From NCBI GenBank assembly GCA_036172245.1, contig JAYWIR010000022.1, positions 434,001-498,000 of the forward strand: DNA of 64,000 nt. Reading direction: 5' to 3'. The stretch comes from Raillietiella orientalis. Its lineage: Eukaryota. A program made the position numbers and the translations under genes. The first letter of the stretch is position 1; every line of letters starts with the position of its first letter. The notes beneath the pieces were generated by a model that had not been told where the DNA came from, made no database searches, and worked only from the letters and a program-made list of their open reading frames with translations. Of this stretch, positions 26,144 to 40,379 are shown piece after piece.

Positions 26144-28069
26144 TTATATTTGGCTGTCTTCAACTTGCCCTGTCACTGGATAGTATACTTTAAAGGAGCC
26201 ACAGTTTTTTGCAAAGGAACCCTGTAATTTGATGAACATTTGATAGCAGATGGCAATGCTCTTACAGGATTGACAATGGTGCATCCTGCCTGAGTAACAG
26301 TAAAGCTTTCAAAACGATCTGCACAAATCAACAAATCTGGTAATGGATATAGACGTAGTGCAGCATCAAATGGCCAGTAGATAGGGCACAGAGCCAAAGG
26401 CAGTGGACACAGATGACATTGAGATGTTATTGTCTTTGCAAACTGGTCTGAAGGGTAAATTATGCGAATGGTTATAGGAAGAAACTCACATGACTGGGAA
26501 TGTCTCCAGTGGCAGGAAAATAAATGCAATTCCGGCACATCTTAGTGACCATGTCCTCCCTAAATATTACAATCTCTTTGGTACAGTACTGTAAATGACA
26601 TGGATTGCTGGTTACCACTACTGAGGGCACCAAGGACACTAATTCCTTGGTTAAACATTTTGGCAATGCAGGATGTGGAAGGACACTAGCAACTCCAGGA
26701 TCATTAGGACCAGGAACAAGGACAAATTTGGTTGAACTCAACAAAGATGGAAAAGTGACTATCAACTGTCCAAGAGAAATCAAGTGATTGCGCAGCATTT
26801 TGTTGTACTCTGTGTTGTAAGGCTGAGACAAGAAACTGCCACAAAGCACAAAACATTGTGGAGGGCACTGGCTGAATCCTGCAAAAAGGGTCTGCAAATT
26901 ATGCATGACTTCTGGTTGGTCTAACCAAACATCTGAAAGGAATACTAGCATGGCATCAGGCTTAGCAGCTTCTTTAGCTTGCAGCTTAGTATTGGACTTG
27001 ACAGCCATACTGTGTGGTCCACCAAAAAAATTAAGATTTCCAAAATATGCTCTAAGAACCAGATGGAGACAACTTTCTTCCGATCTTGTACTACCTAGTA
27101 CATTCAGCAGTCTCAACTGGAGGAAATCCCATGGCTCTGACAGAAAACATTTCATCTTCATAGGTTCCTTCACACAGAACAAAGCAATTCTCGAGAAATA
27201 GTCCTGTGTGAAACTTGTAAAATAATGCTAAGGAAATGCTGCATGCTCCATAGCAGGAAAGGATATTGTTTCACTGAGATCCAGTTGCACAAACCCTGTA
27301 GGATCTTCCAAGAAGTACTTCCCCTCCTTCAACTGAGTAATCATCCCTAGTACAACAAGATCACCTAGTTTTGCAGTGCTTCCCATTAGATATTCCACAG
27401 GTTTTAATTCATATTTTTTTCCTATGTCTTGTGTACCTAAATTATTAGCTATTGAAGAGAAAACTTCATGTCGAAGAATTCGCTGATGTATTAAAGTATA
27501 CCTAACAAAAATTGAAAAATTATTTTGAAAATTTCACACATGATTACCTTTCTTCAAAAATTTTTATCTTATCTGATGGATTTCCAAATAAACTAGGCAG
27601 TTTTGACGTTATCGTAAGTTTCTTTCTTTGTGAATTATATTCTGCATGTGGAATAGAAAAGGCATCAGTCACACTAAAAATCGGATCTCCCCCACCAGCC
27701 TTGTCCTCTACACAGGTCTGAATAACATCAAGTACATTTATTTGAGTAATTGCAGTGACACTAATGTATGAATGCATGAATTACATGCAGTTACTGCATC
27801 TATATAATGAAAAAGGGTAATACCGTTATTATTGTCTCAAGTGTATTTTTCTCGATAAGAGATGAGCAGGCCTGCTTCTGTACGGAGTCGATAAACGTTT
27901 CCAACCACTTTATCCTTTCACCTTTATCGAAAGGAGAAAGCAGCTGGCAAAGATAGTTGCTTGCTTCACTACAGAAAAATAAATGAAGCTGCCGATAAAA
28001 TACTCACTTTTTCAATTTGAATCCATATAAGTCAAAAAATTTCTTTATCTCCGGTTTTATGCTTGCCAT
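26144..28069 (-). CDS. POLE2: DNA polymerase epsilon subunit 2 (multi-exon)
   Basis: Begins [19 protein letters not shown]; contains [70 protein letters not shown] and [11 protein letters not shown]; ends [16 protein letters not shown]. Confidence 0.97.
27217..27266 (-). other. U12-type AT-AC intron (50 nt) in POLE2
   Basis: Minus strand reads ATATCCTTT...TTTCCTTAGC.ATTATTTTAC. Removing it joins [18 protein letters not shown] in frame. Confidence 0.92.
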
Positions 28070-29989
28070 CTTTCGCGCCGGGGATTTTAGCTGTGGTCGA
28101 GTATGCTGGTCAAACGGAAATGGATTTATTTCATACCGTCTGTGGTTTCTCACGTTGGGGGATTTGAAGTTTTCCCGGTGACTCCTCGCAAATGAATTCG
28201 CATTGACCCCTCCGTAAGACTTTGCCCGTAAAATCTTTTTCCCGCCTTGCGCGAAGAAGGTGCAGAGTCGGAAAAATGTTTCCGATTAACCTTAAAATGC
28301 TTTCGACTTGATGTGGAAGGAAAATCGCTGCCTGCTGGATCTGATTACAAACTACAATTCTTCAGCTTCTGGATGCTGTTGTGCTTTTCGTTTCAACTGG
28401 AACATACAGCCTTTTCTGAATGGCCAAGGGAGCAAACCATGTTTCGAACATTCAGAGAAAATGGAGCAAATTCCTGAATTTAGCGATTTTAACATTCCTT
28501 AGGCGTTTCACCTCTATTAGAGAACCCTGTTTTCTGTCCGAGTTCTGACAAAATTTCCTTTGTTTGCTCATTGGCATTGCAAATCAGATAATTACATTGG
28601 TAATGGGTATCACAATATCAGTGGAGTTTCAGATTTCGTTACATTGGCTTGAATGTTTCTAAAATTACGAGAACGCAAACATTAAATTGCTTATAAAATT
28701 AGAAAATTAAAGCACCTTGTAAGAAAACGCCCATATTATTATTTCTTGAGACTAAGGATAATTGTCGCCACTTATCTGTGGCAATGCAGTGTGACAAATA
28801 ACTACGTATGCAATGCAACTACAATTTCATATAAAAATGAATCAGATCGATAGTTTTCAAGATAAGCATACATTGTGTTTCATCAAATCATTTTCATTAT
28901 TAGTATTCATTTCATTAAATCATGCTTAGAGGTGTATTTCATTTAAAACTATTCCAGAACATATTTTATCTTCGTTTGAAGTGAACAAGTAAGAAATAAA
29001 CAAGTAAAGAATGACAACATGAAACTTCTTGCTATGAGGGGAATAGGGTTTGCTCTCTCCACGGAAAAGATCAACTCTTGAACTCAATTAAAAAATTCCT
29101 GTTCTACATGTAAGCTGTTCCCAGGCAGAGACACCCAAGTTCACTGACATTCTTTGTTCAAATGGTTAAACTCTGGAAAAATTCTCGGTCTCGAGGTTTC
29201 AGGAAGTTTTTTTGATAATCAGAAAAAATGCTCTCAAACTCTAATTCTCTGACCGAAGGAATATCTCTTGATTTTTTGTGTGCTTGTGTTTTACTTTTTG
29301 ATCGGAGTTTCAACAAAATTTCGAGGACAGTCGATTGCTATTTGTTCATAACCGTTCCGATTGTAAGGTCTAATGCTTTTAAACGACAAATTCATGTAAC
29401 TTTGAAGTGTTTGTCTGTCGATGCAGATGTATTAAACTTAAATGAAAAACGGTAATGAACTCTGTTTTGAAATAACTGTTAAAATATTTCAGGCGTCTAC
29501 AATTTTATTTAGTTTGGATAGAACAGCTTCGGAGATTTTCTCGAACTCGATCACCCTCGTATGCTTAACAAACTCAAGCATTTTGTTATAGTTGTTAGCT
29601 ACTGCTTAATCATTCCGTGTAGTATTGATGTTTTCTTTTCAAATCGACTGATGCCTCTTTTTATTCGAAAATGAAAATACAAATTTTTGAAACCTAAAAT
29701 CTCAGATTGAAGAGTGTAGGTTCACGTTTTATTTTAGATGAGAATAAGGTTCTTGATGTCTGTAATAACTCAGCTAACTCTCTGATCTCATGATTTTTGC
29801 TTTTTTTCGTGTTGTACTGGTCTGTGTTGGAACCGTGTTGTGCTTGGTTTTTCCTCAGTCCGACAAGTGGTTGGATATATTTATTCAGACACACAGCTTA
29901 CATATAATACCATAAAAAGATATATTTTCAACTTTTACGCTTCAGTATTTTGCCAGCACTGCATTTCACCTCCACCGTTTATCTATTCC

Positions 29990-30790
29990 GGTCTTTTGAG
30001 CTTAGGTCTCTAGGGTGTCCCGCTTACCTGGGTCTAATCGTCTATCTTCTTCAAGATGGACCGGTACATCTAGGTATCCAGGAGGGTATCCTTCCACAGG
30101 TCCTGACGCTATTTCTTTTTGGATCGCATCTTTTAGGATTTCAATCACTGATGTTACCCTTCCTCTTTGTTTCATTTTAGCTCCTTTTATCAGAATACTC
30201 GTGATATACAGGCCAACTGTTGTCCTCACCATTGGATTGGATTGGGGAATGTTCCCATGGGAACTGTCCTTCAAACATTTCCGACAGGAATTCTAATCTT
30301 GCACTAGTGTGCAAGCCCGTCAGAGCCGTCCAGTCTTGGCGCGGCGTTGGACATTGGGTATGTGGAGTTGGGTTTCCTTGTTTCCTCACCCCATGAAGAA
30401 CTGATCTGGGATATCCTGTACTTAATCCTCGAGCCAATCAGGATTCCTTTGTGGTAAAACGTGAGGAGGTCGTCCTGGCAAGTCCTCTTTTCAGACAGTG
30501 TTCCAACCGCTTGCAGGTTCGCGTTTCGGATCCCGAAACGGCTGGCAGCCTCGTCGAGGGTGTTGTTATTCCTTTTTGTAGAGGGAATGAATTCCCGATT
30601 ATTCTTTTTGCAATTCTGTCCCACGCGCTGGAGTCTTGATTTTTCACGTTCCGCGTATCCTATGGATAAATCTTCCTTTGGCTTTTCCATTGCATTGGGA
30701 CAGTGGCATTTCATGGCAGTTGTTACATGGCAGTAGCGAACTGTTCGCATTCTCCAATGGTCAATCTGGACCTTTGGTGTATCCATTTGT
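29990..30790 (-). mobile_element. Possible decayed BEL/Pao LTR retrotransposon pol remnant
   Basis: Broken frames give LLTFYHKGILIGSRI (cf. LxPFxDxxGILRVGGRL), TTVGLYITSILIKG (cf. TGVDYxGPxxIK) and RVTSVIEILKD (cf. the C-terminal region). No LTRs were recognised. Confidence 0.35.
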
Positions 30791-33008
30791 CACATCTCCC
30801 ATGGGATGAAAAGGAATCAAGAAATTTCCAAAATTTCCAGTTTTTCTTTTCATATTTCTTTACACTATTTTAAGTTAGTGAATCCTCAACAGTGCCTGTT
30901 TCCTCTTTCAGATAGGACCTATGTTCATCCATCCTCCTGCTTTGCTTTGTCGTGCCATGTTCAGATAATAGTGGAACTTGCAATGAGCTCCAAAATTATC
31001 AACCTTATTACGTTCTACAAAGTTTTTAGTTTAAAATTTTGCATTCCAACCTTTTCAAACATGTTAGATGTTTTCACATCTGGTCAGCTTACTTGTACAT
31101 GCTTACATGAACTCTATTCGGAAAATATTTGAATCATTCCAGATTGATGCGAAAGTGAGACGCCTACATTCCATCACTGTTGATAATTGGAAATTGCCTC
31201 GTTGTTTTAGGAAAATTTGCCACTGGATTTACTGACTGGGATATCAGTCATCTTGCTTCATCTCGTTATTAGGAGCATTAGATCCTTTCAACCCATGATA
31301 CTTCGATGAACCGAACGGAGGAAAAACAGATCGTACATTGCTCATAATCCCAACCCTTGTGAAATTGGAGGGCTTCCAAAATAAGTATTTGATTTTTATG
31401 GAAAAATGCGGAATCGATTAATCAACTGAGCAGTTATTCCAAAACACTACACATTCATTTGGCCTTATAAAAATAAATAAATAGATATGGAGGCTATTCT
31501 ATTGATATTTTTCGGTTTTGATCCAGACCCAGGGCATTAACATAAAAGGAAACGCAGGCTGATGTGCCCCCGCATGTTAATGTTTCTGCAGGAAACAACA
31601 AAGTCCTTATCTGCAAGTTTCCAGGAAAACAAGTGTTGAGATGCAATGGATGTGCGATTGTAATTTTTGTCTTTGGAGAAGAGCTCAATGCAGGATGAGC
31701 GTTTGCTTCCCGAATTCCTTTCCCCAGCATTTTCCTCTCACGTTTCCTGGTCAGACAAGAGATTTTTTTTTTCCTCGTCTGCACGCACCCAATTACTACT
31801 ATTGAATACGTAAAGTAATACAGAGAATTGGATTCAAGGCATCAAGAATGCATTTATTAAGCACGTCACCGAAAAAACGGAAAGTGATCATTCTGAAGAC
31901 AAATAAGTTTACGTCAATAACAATGATAATTTGCTGTAAGTGGAAGGTGGTTGCTTAGAGCCTGGGATTAATATCTCGTCCCCAGTCATGAAGTGGACGG
32001 ATTTATGTTCTTGGCCAAACTTAATTACTACAATAGTAATATAAGTGGAGCACACGAGATGTGTTTTTTTGTATGACTGGAGTTTTATTGAAACCCAGTT
32101 TTTCGTTTTTTTTTCTAGGCATAACTTTGCAGAATAGAAAATCATTTTAAACTGTCTTGTACCATTTACCGAAACTGAGGCAGAGGAAATATGCTCTAAA
32201 TTCCATTAAGAATGTACAGAATATATGCAAAAATAGAAGATGCTATGCATTCACCCATACAATTGTACATTTGGATATCCAAAAATTGAATGGGTTGAGT
32301 CAATTATTTACATAATAATTTTTCACATAGTCTTATTTTTAGCTCACATTTTTAACATGAATCTTCTCTAATGTAAATTCGAATCAAATGGGGACTGATA
32401 CTCTGGGATTTCAAAAAACTTAATTCTGACTTCCACTTAAACATTCAGTTGAGACACACAATCGTAGCATACTCCAGAGACTTCAAGTAGAATTTCCCAA
32501 GTAAATAAACAATGCTACTGAATCATTAGAATTTAATTGCTCCAGGCTTGTTGTTAAAATAATAACACACATTTTATCATTCATCACATGAACTAAAGTT
32601 GCACTACAACTTCTTGGCATTCTTTCTATGACTCCTGCCTAACATAAATTAAACATTAATAAGCAATGTCACTGAAGTGCTGCATATTTCAGATGATTTA
32701 ATACATTTGATGAAATTCAAATGATTGCAACAAAAAATCATTTTAACTGATTTCATGTAATATTTAGCCACCTCATCAAATGATTAATCATTGGCATTCA
32801 GCATGAGATATACTTATGAGTTTCATCATTAGACAACTGCTACAAATTTCCCATCTGTAATCATCTGACAAAACTCTTAAAGCCTTTTTATATCACAAAC
32901 AAACACAAGACTGGAGGGCAAGCAACTTGTCTGCAAGGCCTAGATGTGAAACTCTTCAGTGCTGCACTGCAACTATCTAGAAGATGCTGCAGTTTGCTGC
33001 TGCTTCTT

Positions 33009-36000
33009 TCAGGAACTGGACTGAGAAACCACTTGTGTTCTACTGTTTAGCACTACACAGCAACAATAAAGAAGCTGTTCGTTGCTGAATTTCTCACCTC
33101 TGCGTAACTGATGTAAAGAAGCAATCATTCTTATCATGAAAGATGCTGGAACTGTAATTGTATCCTTGGTTTCTTCAAGCATGACTTTGTTGCGATAAAT
33201 AATCTGAAAGATGGGTAAAACACAATGTTTACATCTTTACATGCCTCTTGTGTGAGTTCCATATCAAAACCAGATTCATCTCCTGTAGGACACCATAATT
33301 TGATGTCATAATCTATGCCAGATGTTGCGAGTAGAGGATCAAAAGGATGTGGCTGAACACAATTAACAACATGTTGATCTGCTTCCAGAAGCATCACCAC
33401 ATCAGAAGTGTGCCGATCCCATACAAACACGTGACCACAATCTGAACCACTCATTACATAATGGTCTCCCCAGAATACAGCCTCTTTGATCATGGTTCTG
33501 TGAACAATGCAGGTTACAAGAGCATGATGCGATATTTACCGAGCATTGCGATGACCAGTATACAGTCTTTTGATCTGAGGCTGCAATAAAAAAGGCACAT
33601 CATTTCGTTTTTCAGGGTGCAGCTGTAGCTGTTCCAAACGGGATCTGAAAAATGAATGATAAATGAAAACAAATTCCTTAAGCAACTTAATAAGTGCCTC
33701 ATCTGATCAGCAATGAAATCTTCTTCTTCATCACTTGATGATTCAGTAAGACTCTCATCGCCATTACCATTTTCTGGACTGCCAGTAACTGGAAAATATG
33801 TTCAATGAAACAGCCCCCTTAGTCCCTCTACCTACAGTATTCCCTGCTGACAACATAGTCCCTACTATTAGCTGTATGTCTCTGGGTGCCATTGCCACCC
33901 ATTGGTGGCTGAATTAATCGATTCATACGATCCAGACCAGCAGCAAGTCTTCTCCGAGCAGTAGTGGGAAGTGACTCACTGGAAGCATGAGTAGATGATG
34001 ATGACTCCTGCATACTATTTTGCCGTGCATCTGTATCAGACAAGGAAGGTGAGGGTTGTGCTTCAGTGCCGTTCTGGATTATAAGGCTATGAAAAGTATA
34101 TGAATTATACGTTTTAAACTGATGGACACTTGCCAGTCCACAATGGGAGTTGCATCTTCATCAGTTGGTTGATGTTCTTGAACAGTACTGGGTTCTCCAG
34201 TCTGTGGGCTACTTCCCAGGGTAGGATTTAGATCAGACTGCACAATGTCCACAGAGATATCCACTCCAAGGTCATGCAATGCAGCTAGGGGATCACTGTC
34301 TTCATTGACTACATTGACATTATGAATAGCATTGTTTTGTGATTCAGCAGAAGGTAGTGGCATTGACATGGTCCTGCTATTTTCCATAGCTTCCAAAACT
34401 GGTTCTTCGCTTTCATTAGATGAAGATTCTTCACTGGCATCCCGGTTAGCCATAGCAACAACACGATTAGTGAGTATACGAGTGACGACATTGGTCATAC
34501 GCTGCACCAAAGTAGACTGTAAATGAGTGCGGTTGGAGGCATATCCTGAACAAAAATACGTAATATTTGATTAACGAGCACATCAGGCTTTTCTTTACCT
34601 GCAGTTTCACTTTCAGGACGAGCATTTGGACCAGTATCTGACCAATCACCTCGCAACCTAAGTCTTTTCAAAGGGGGTGCAGTTGCTGGCTTGGAACGCT
34701 TGCACATTCCTTTGGCGCCTTCCTGCAGGCAGGTTTGCAGAGCACGTGCTCCTTGAGCATCATCCTGGCACAGCTGAATCTGCTGCCTGACAAAAAATGC
34801 TCACCTTGACATTGAACAGGTACAGATAATCTGAACAATAGCTGACCAACACTTCTTGGCCATCCCGACTGTGGCACAATGAAGTGATGCGATGTGGCCG
34901 ATTTTCAAAACTAGGAACAGCAAATCTACACAGCATGGCTTTCAATCCCTTGCCTTGGAAATTGCCTATTAACATTGTAAGATACGCAACAAAAGGTTAA
35001 CAACACACACCTGTTGCCTTTGTCCCAAGCATACGTCTATCAAAGATCCTCACTACTCCATCTGCACATCCAACAGCTAGCTGATAAGGCATCACTGGGT
35101 CCACTGAGATGGAAGTCACAGCACGATGAAAGTAAATAAGGATGTCCTACAAAATCAGTTTATAACTAAAGTGTCTCTTACTTCCTTGCAATTGGCTTTT
35201 CCACACTTCTGTTTCGTCCTCAAATCAAACCAGCGTACAGTCCCATCTTCTCCACAACTCAAGAAACTATTTGGGTCATTAGGCATTGTAGCTATCTCGT
35301 AAGTAGTCCCAAAGTGGCATGTAAATTTATTTGCTAAACTCTCAGCCTGATTCTGTACATCTGAGAGGCGATTTGAGCAGAATAAGAGCAATATTGTACC
35401 TACCTGTATACAGAATCATGCCATCTCCAGCACAAGAAATGATTTTTTGATCACAGGTACCAGGAAGAAACTTGGCACAAAAAATGTTTGCCCTGTGGCT
35501 CGTGGCACAGTCAAAAAGCACCTGGCAAATCAGAAGAACAATCCAAAATACAAACAGTATTGAAGCACAGTGCACTGCATTGAGTTTCTGAGTTGTACAG
35601 TAACTTAAAACTTCAAACATAAGTTGCTGCAGCATGACTAAACTCATAACTTCAAATTATAAAATACAAATGCATACTGCATTGAAATTTAGATCAATAA
35701 ACTCCAATTTGAGTATACACATCATAACCTAAGTGAAGGAGAACCATAAACAATGTCAACAGGATTTCAGCACTGCTTTTAGAAACATGACACAATGCAC
35801 ATTAATGTACTGACATTAATGGAGTAACAGAAATTTCTCTAACAGAGTAACAGAAATTCAATTAAACATTCCCCTGTCTAAGCTTGATATCCTTTTATTT
35901 TAACTAATAGTGCACACCACAGGTGTTTGTCACAATTGACAAATCTATCGAAAATTTCTTGTTAATCTTAAATTGATGACGTTTCCAAACGAATTCTTGT

Positions 36001-37413
36001 TGCATTTCTCTAGAAAAAAGGAAATGACTTGTTATTTCTCAAGAAAATATTACAAAGTCCCTCTTATTTGTAGTCTTTTTCATTTGAGTCTGCATTTGTG
36101 AGCAAATTGTTTTGCACACTCTTAAAGCATCAATCTTCACTCAATTCTGTGAAAGCCACTTCACTCAATTCTTTCTAAATCTTGGATGTATGCATCAAAA
36201 CTTCTACAAAATCAGTCAACTGAGTATTACATTTTTCACATTAAAAACCTCTTGAACTTTTCAATTGCACTTTTGATGCTTTCATAAGCACTTTGGTGAT
36301 AGAAATGGCAAAAAAATTTCTTATTCAAGCTTTTAAACATATTCGCCACTGTTACACCACTTTGGACTACCACAGTGCACAAAAATGGAACAGTGACTAT
36401 CAAATTGTTTCCCTTCCTTCTTCATAGATAAACCAAATGCATTTTTGCTTCGACTCTTTTTCACAAACTTCATTCCTCCTACCACTTTCAGATTCTCTTT
36501 ATGCATGTGGGTTCTCAACACTTATTAATCACCCAAATAATTTAAGGTATTTGACATATAGTTGAGTTCATGCCAACAGAATAAACGTTTTCATTCCAGG
36601 TATCAAATGATGAAATCTTACATACATATTGATAATAGCATCATCGCTTTTAAAATTCCTCAAAAAAACAGAAAGTACGAAAAATTCTAACTGAAAAATA
36701 CAAATTAATGAATTTCATTATGCTGTAATAACAGCATTTGAACAGCAGGCAGATTGCAACAGTCATAATTTGGAACCCATGAATGACTGATATATAAATA
36801 ACAAGTATGAGAAATGCTGAAGCAATACAAGCAAACAGCTGAATACGATCACTGTATTTTCTTGTTCGAGAATGTGAAAGTTTGCCATCTTGAATGAAAG
36901 TCTGATCCCATTTTTAAAAAAACTTTCTTAAACATGAACACTGTAGTCAAACTCTTTTGTCATGAACTTTTTAAAAATTTTCAGTTTCATATCTAAGGAT
37001 TTATGTACTTGCATGAGATGTCAAGAACTGTCACAATAACTGAATAAAATCAATTAATCAATGCATACCTTGTAACCACAAACAAACATAATACACAAAA
37101 TGCAAATAACCTTATAATTGTAGCCATCTGTGATGCATAAATGTTGATCATCAGAACCCGACAAAATATATTGACCAGAATCATTCCAGCAGATGCTATT
37201 TACACATCCATGATGAACTGACAATTTTTGAATTAGTTTCATGCGTTGAATTAGATCAAGATTCCCTGACATAATGAGAAATACAAAATACACCTTTCCT
37301 TAATGAACAAAAAATCACAAACCTTTTGCATACGAGAAAAGCTTATGGTGGCTACTAAGGCCATAGGATCTGTCATATACTGAACGGAATAATTCATTAT
37401 GTTTGGTTGTCAT
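33009..37413 (-). CDS. DCAF6: DDB1- and CUL4-associated factor 6 (WD40), multi-exon
   Basis: Translation includes [99 protein letters not shown] and [23 protein letters not shown], which is the DCAF6-type C-terminus. The last small exon is less certain. Confidence 0.95.
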
Positions 37414-40179
37414 TTTACAATTTATAAATGCACATTCATTTTTCCAATTTTTCCACGTTCATTATTTACAAATTCTCTAAAAAAAATCTGACGCAGTATT
37501 TTATCTTTGCCAAGGCTATAACGCTGAACGAGCCTTTAAAACATGAAAAATGCATATGACCACGAAACTTTCCTTTAAAGCATCATGGATTCATACAACT
37601 GGCTACTAGCTTTTTTTTTATTCTGAAAAACACTTTTTAAGGTTTCCGAATGTTCTCTACGTACAAAATTTTCACTGTTACATGATTACCTTGCTTATTA
37701 ATTTGCAAAACAATAACCTTTTGTTAGAAAAGTGAGACATACTTGCAAACGTACAAAACTTGTTTAGGCACGTGTAATACATATTCCCGATTGAAATTTT
37801 AGAACACAAATTTTTCATTACATATCGGTCCCCTTTTATTCGTATACTTTGCTAAGCGACATTCTCTTTGAAGGAAAAACATGATGCATTGTTTTTCCTT
37901 TTTGGAACGAAAAAAGCCAATTAATAAAACTGGTGCTACGCTTCGCACATGTAGCCTTTTCCTTGATACTTCGTGTAATCCATTTCATGTAATTGGTATG
38001 CTTTTGTACGGTATAACTTGACGGCCACAGATGGCAACCCACATCATGAATTTTCCACGAAAAGTATGCTACAAGAGTACAATAAAAAGACATCCACTTC
38101 CAGACACGGTCTTTCCCCAGCTTGGGAAATTTTGTTATGTTATCGTGATCGGGTATTCCTAATACTTTCAATTCTTTAGCGAGAAAACCCCTCTCCAAAG
38201 TGTGGGAAATACTTCCAGAAACTCTCGAGTCAAAGAAATTCGAAATCAGGAGGGGAAAAAAATTCCATTCCTATGTCAAGGAAACCAAAGGGATGCTTTT
38301 GATGCTTTCGATCGATGCTGTATTCCATTGATGGGGCCTTATCATTGCTTGATGAAGTGTAAGTCAATCTCGTGAGAAGAGTAAATTGCTAATGAACCAG
38401 TTGAAAACTGGAGCTCTTATCGTGAGGGATTTCCATTCATGTTTAACCCAAGTGGCAGCCTCGATTTGCGTATTTTATTATTTTAGCATGAATTGAAATT
38501 GTTTAAACAGTATAACTACTTTAGCTAAATGATGATCAATACTTAATTAATTTCCTTAGATCTTAATTTGTCATAGATCTTCTCAGTTCTACGCACCGAC
38601 CTCAAATTCTCTAACTCGAATTCAGCATTATTCCAAACACTGACAAACAAATCTCATTAGTTAAAATCTCTTAAGCTGGATCGCTGAAAGTATAGTACTA
38701 GAATTGTCAAGGGCTACGAAATGTAGCACTACACTATGAAAATACTATGAAATTTTATACTATGATTTATACTATGAAAATAGCAACTCTTAAAGGATAA
38801 TTAACAATCCCAAAAGTTTTCCAAAATCAAAAATGAGGGTTTCAGTGTTGTTGTCGGCGTTACCTTTCATTCAGAATTCTGTTCAAAGGATCTCATTGTA
38901 TATTGGATATGCACTGTTGGTATAGTGCACTGCAACACATACACATATATACAAAATACTATATAAAAATATAGTACAACAATATACCATGCATCTTTAA
39001 CACGGATACCTTTAATTTATTTCTCTGATTCTACTAAATAGGCATTCTGATAAATGTTGCCAGGAGCATGAATTGAGTATTTACAGCTTATCCGAAGATT
39101 AAAAAATTTAGTGAATCCACCAAAAACCTATAAGAATACAGAATTCAGAATATTGACGAAATTTTATTTAAAACAAATTAATTATGCATTGATATTGAGG
39201 ATTGCCATGTGTTTTCTTTCTCGCTTCATCTAATGAAGGACACGCTTCGATGAAATCAGACCTTGAAGCTATTTCACTAACATTTACTACTTTTCTGTCT
39301 TACTACTCATAAATTAGTGGTATCAATTGATCAAGTTTACATATAAACTTGAAAAAGAAAATAAAAGATTTGAAAAAAAAAAAAAAAACTTATAACTCAG
39401 TGAACTGACAACGTCATTGCTTTAATATATTGCATAGTTATAACTGTCGCAGGTTCTCTTGAATATTTAAATAATACTCTTTTAGAATTTTTCTTCCCAC
39501 TCGAATTATTACCTTCTTCTTTCTAAGATTTCATTTCAGCGTTTCACAGATATTCTCTAAATGGTGACATATTGCATTTTTATTTCTGTATTTTGCTCTT
39601 ATTATTTGTTTCGAGACCTAACATGACGCACCAATGCATATTTTTCAAGTTTCTGCATGTTTGTATTGCTCTGTATTATTCTGTACTTCTCAAAGCACTA
39701 GGATTTCAATGTCTTCTTGACTTGAGGCCCTTCGTTTGGCAAACTCAATTGCAATCTTGCATTCTATTTTTAAGCAGCAACACCAGAACTTTCAAAACCA
39801 CTTTTATTCCTTCGATGTAGTCCATAAACGTGCTGTCCAACTGTCCACTTATTTCTTTAGCTTTGCTTTTTATTTCCTCTGTCTGCTTCTTTTACCCTAG
39901 TATTCTTTACCCTTCTGCTGACAGCTGTCGGAGTTGGCGTCAGAGGTTGAGAAATTTTAGGCTGTCAGCAGTATAGAAAATACTGCTGGAACCGTCCTCG
40001 CTTGTCTGCCCTTTGGCTAAGATCAAAATGATCACAAAATTTCCATCACTGGTCGTGATTCAAGCAAACAGCGGGACCCTCCTCTTTGTATATTCCAGGA
40101 CCAAATCGACTGTGGACTTGTTTTCGTACACAGTCACTAGAGATAGTGTACTTCTGTGCTTCGGGTACACAAGTGGCGC

Positions 40180-40181
<2 letters not shown>

Positions 40182-40214
<33 letters not shown>
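40182..40214. repeat. Poly(A) run of about 33 nt
   Basis: A homopolymer run is directly visible. Confidence 0.9.
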
Positions 40215-40216
<2 letters not shown>

Positions 40217-40379
40217 AACGATTTTCCCAATTTTTTTTTTCCATTGGCGCTTCCTGTCCGTGCCTCTTGCATAATAGTGTTTGTTCCTGATCCAGCGATT
40301 TCGAGCATCGTATTAAAATAGAAGATGGGGGAGGTTTTTTAAAATAAATCATCGTTTTTTGTAAAAAAAAAATCAATCC

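Noticed and set aside
37836..38198. 120-aa minus-strand ORF upstream of DCAF6
   Set aside because: Non-ATG start, no motifs, and it lies in the probable promoter/UTR region.
39700..40181. Stop-interrupted coding-like stretch and a PBS-like caagtggcgc next to the poly(A) run
   Set aside because: No identifiable domain, LTR pair or target-site duplication.
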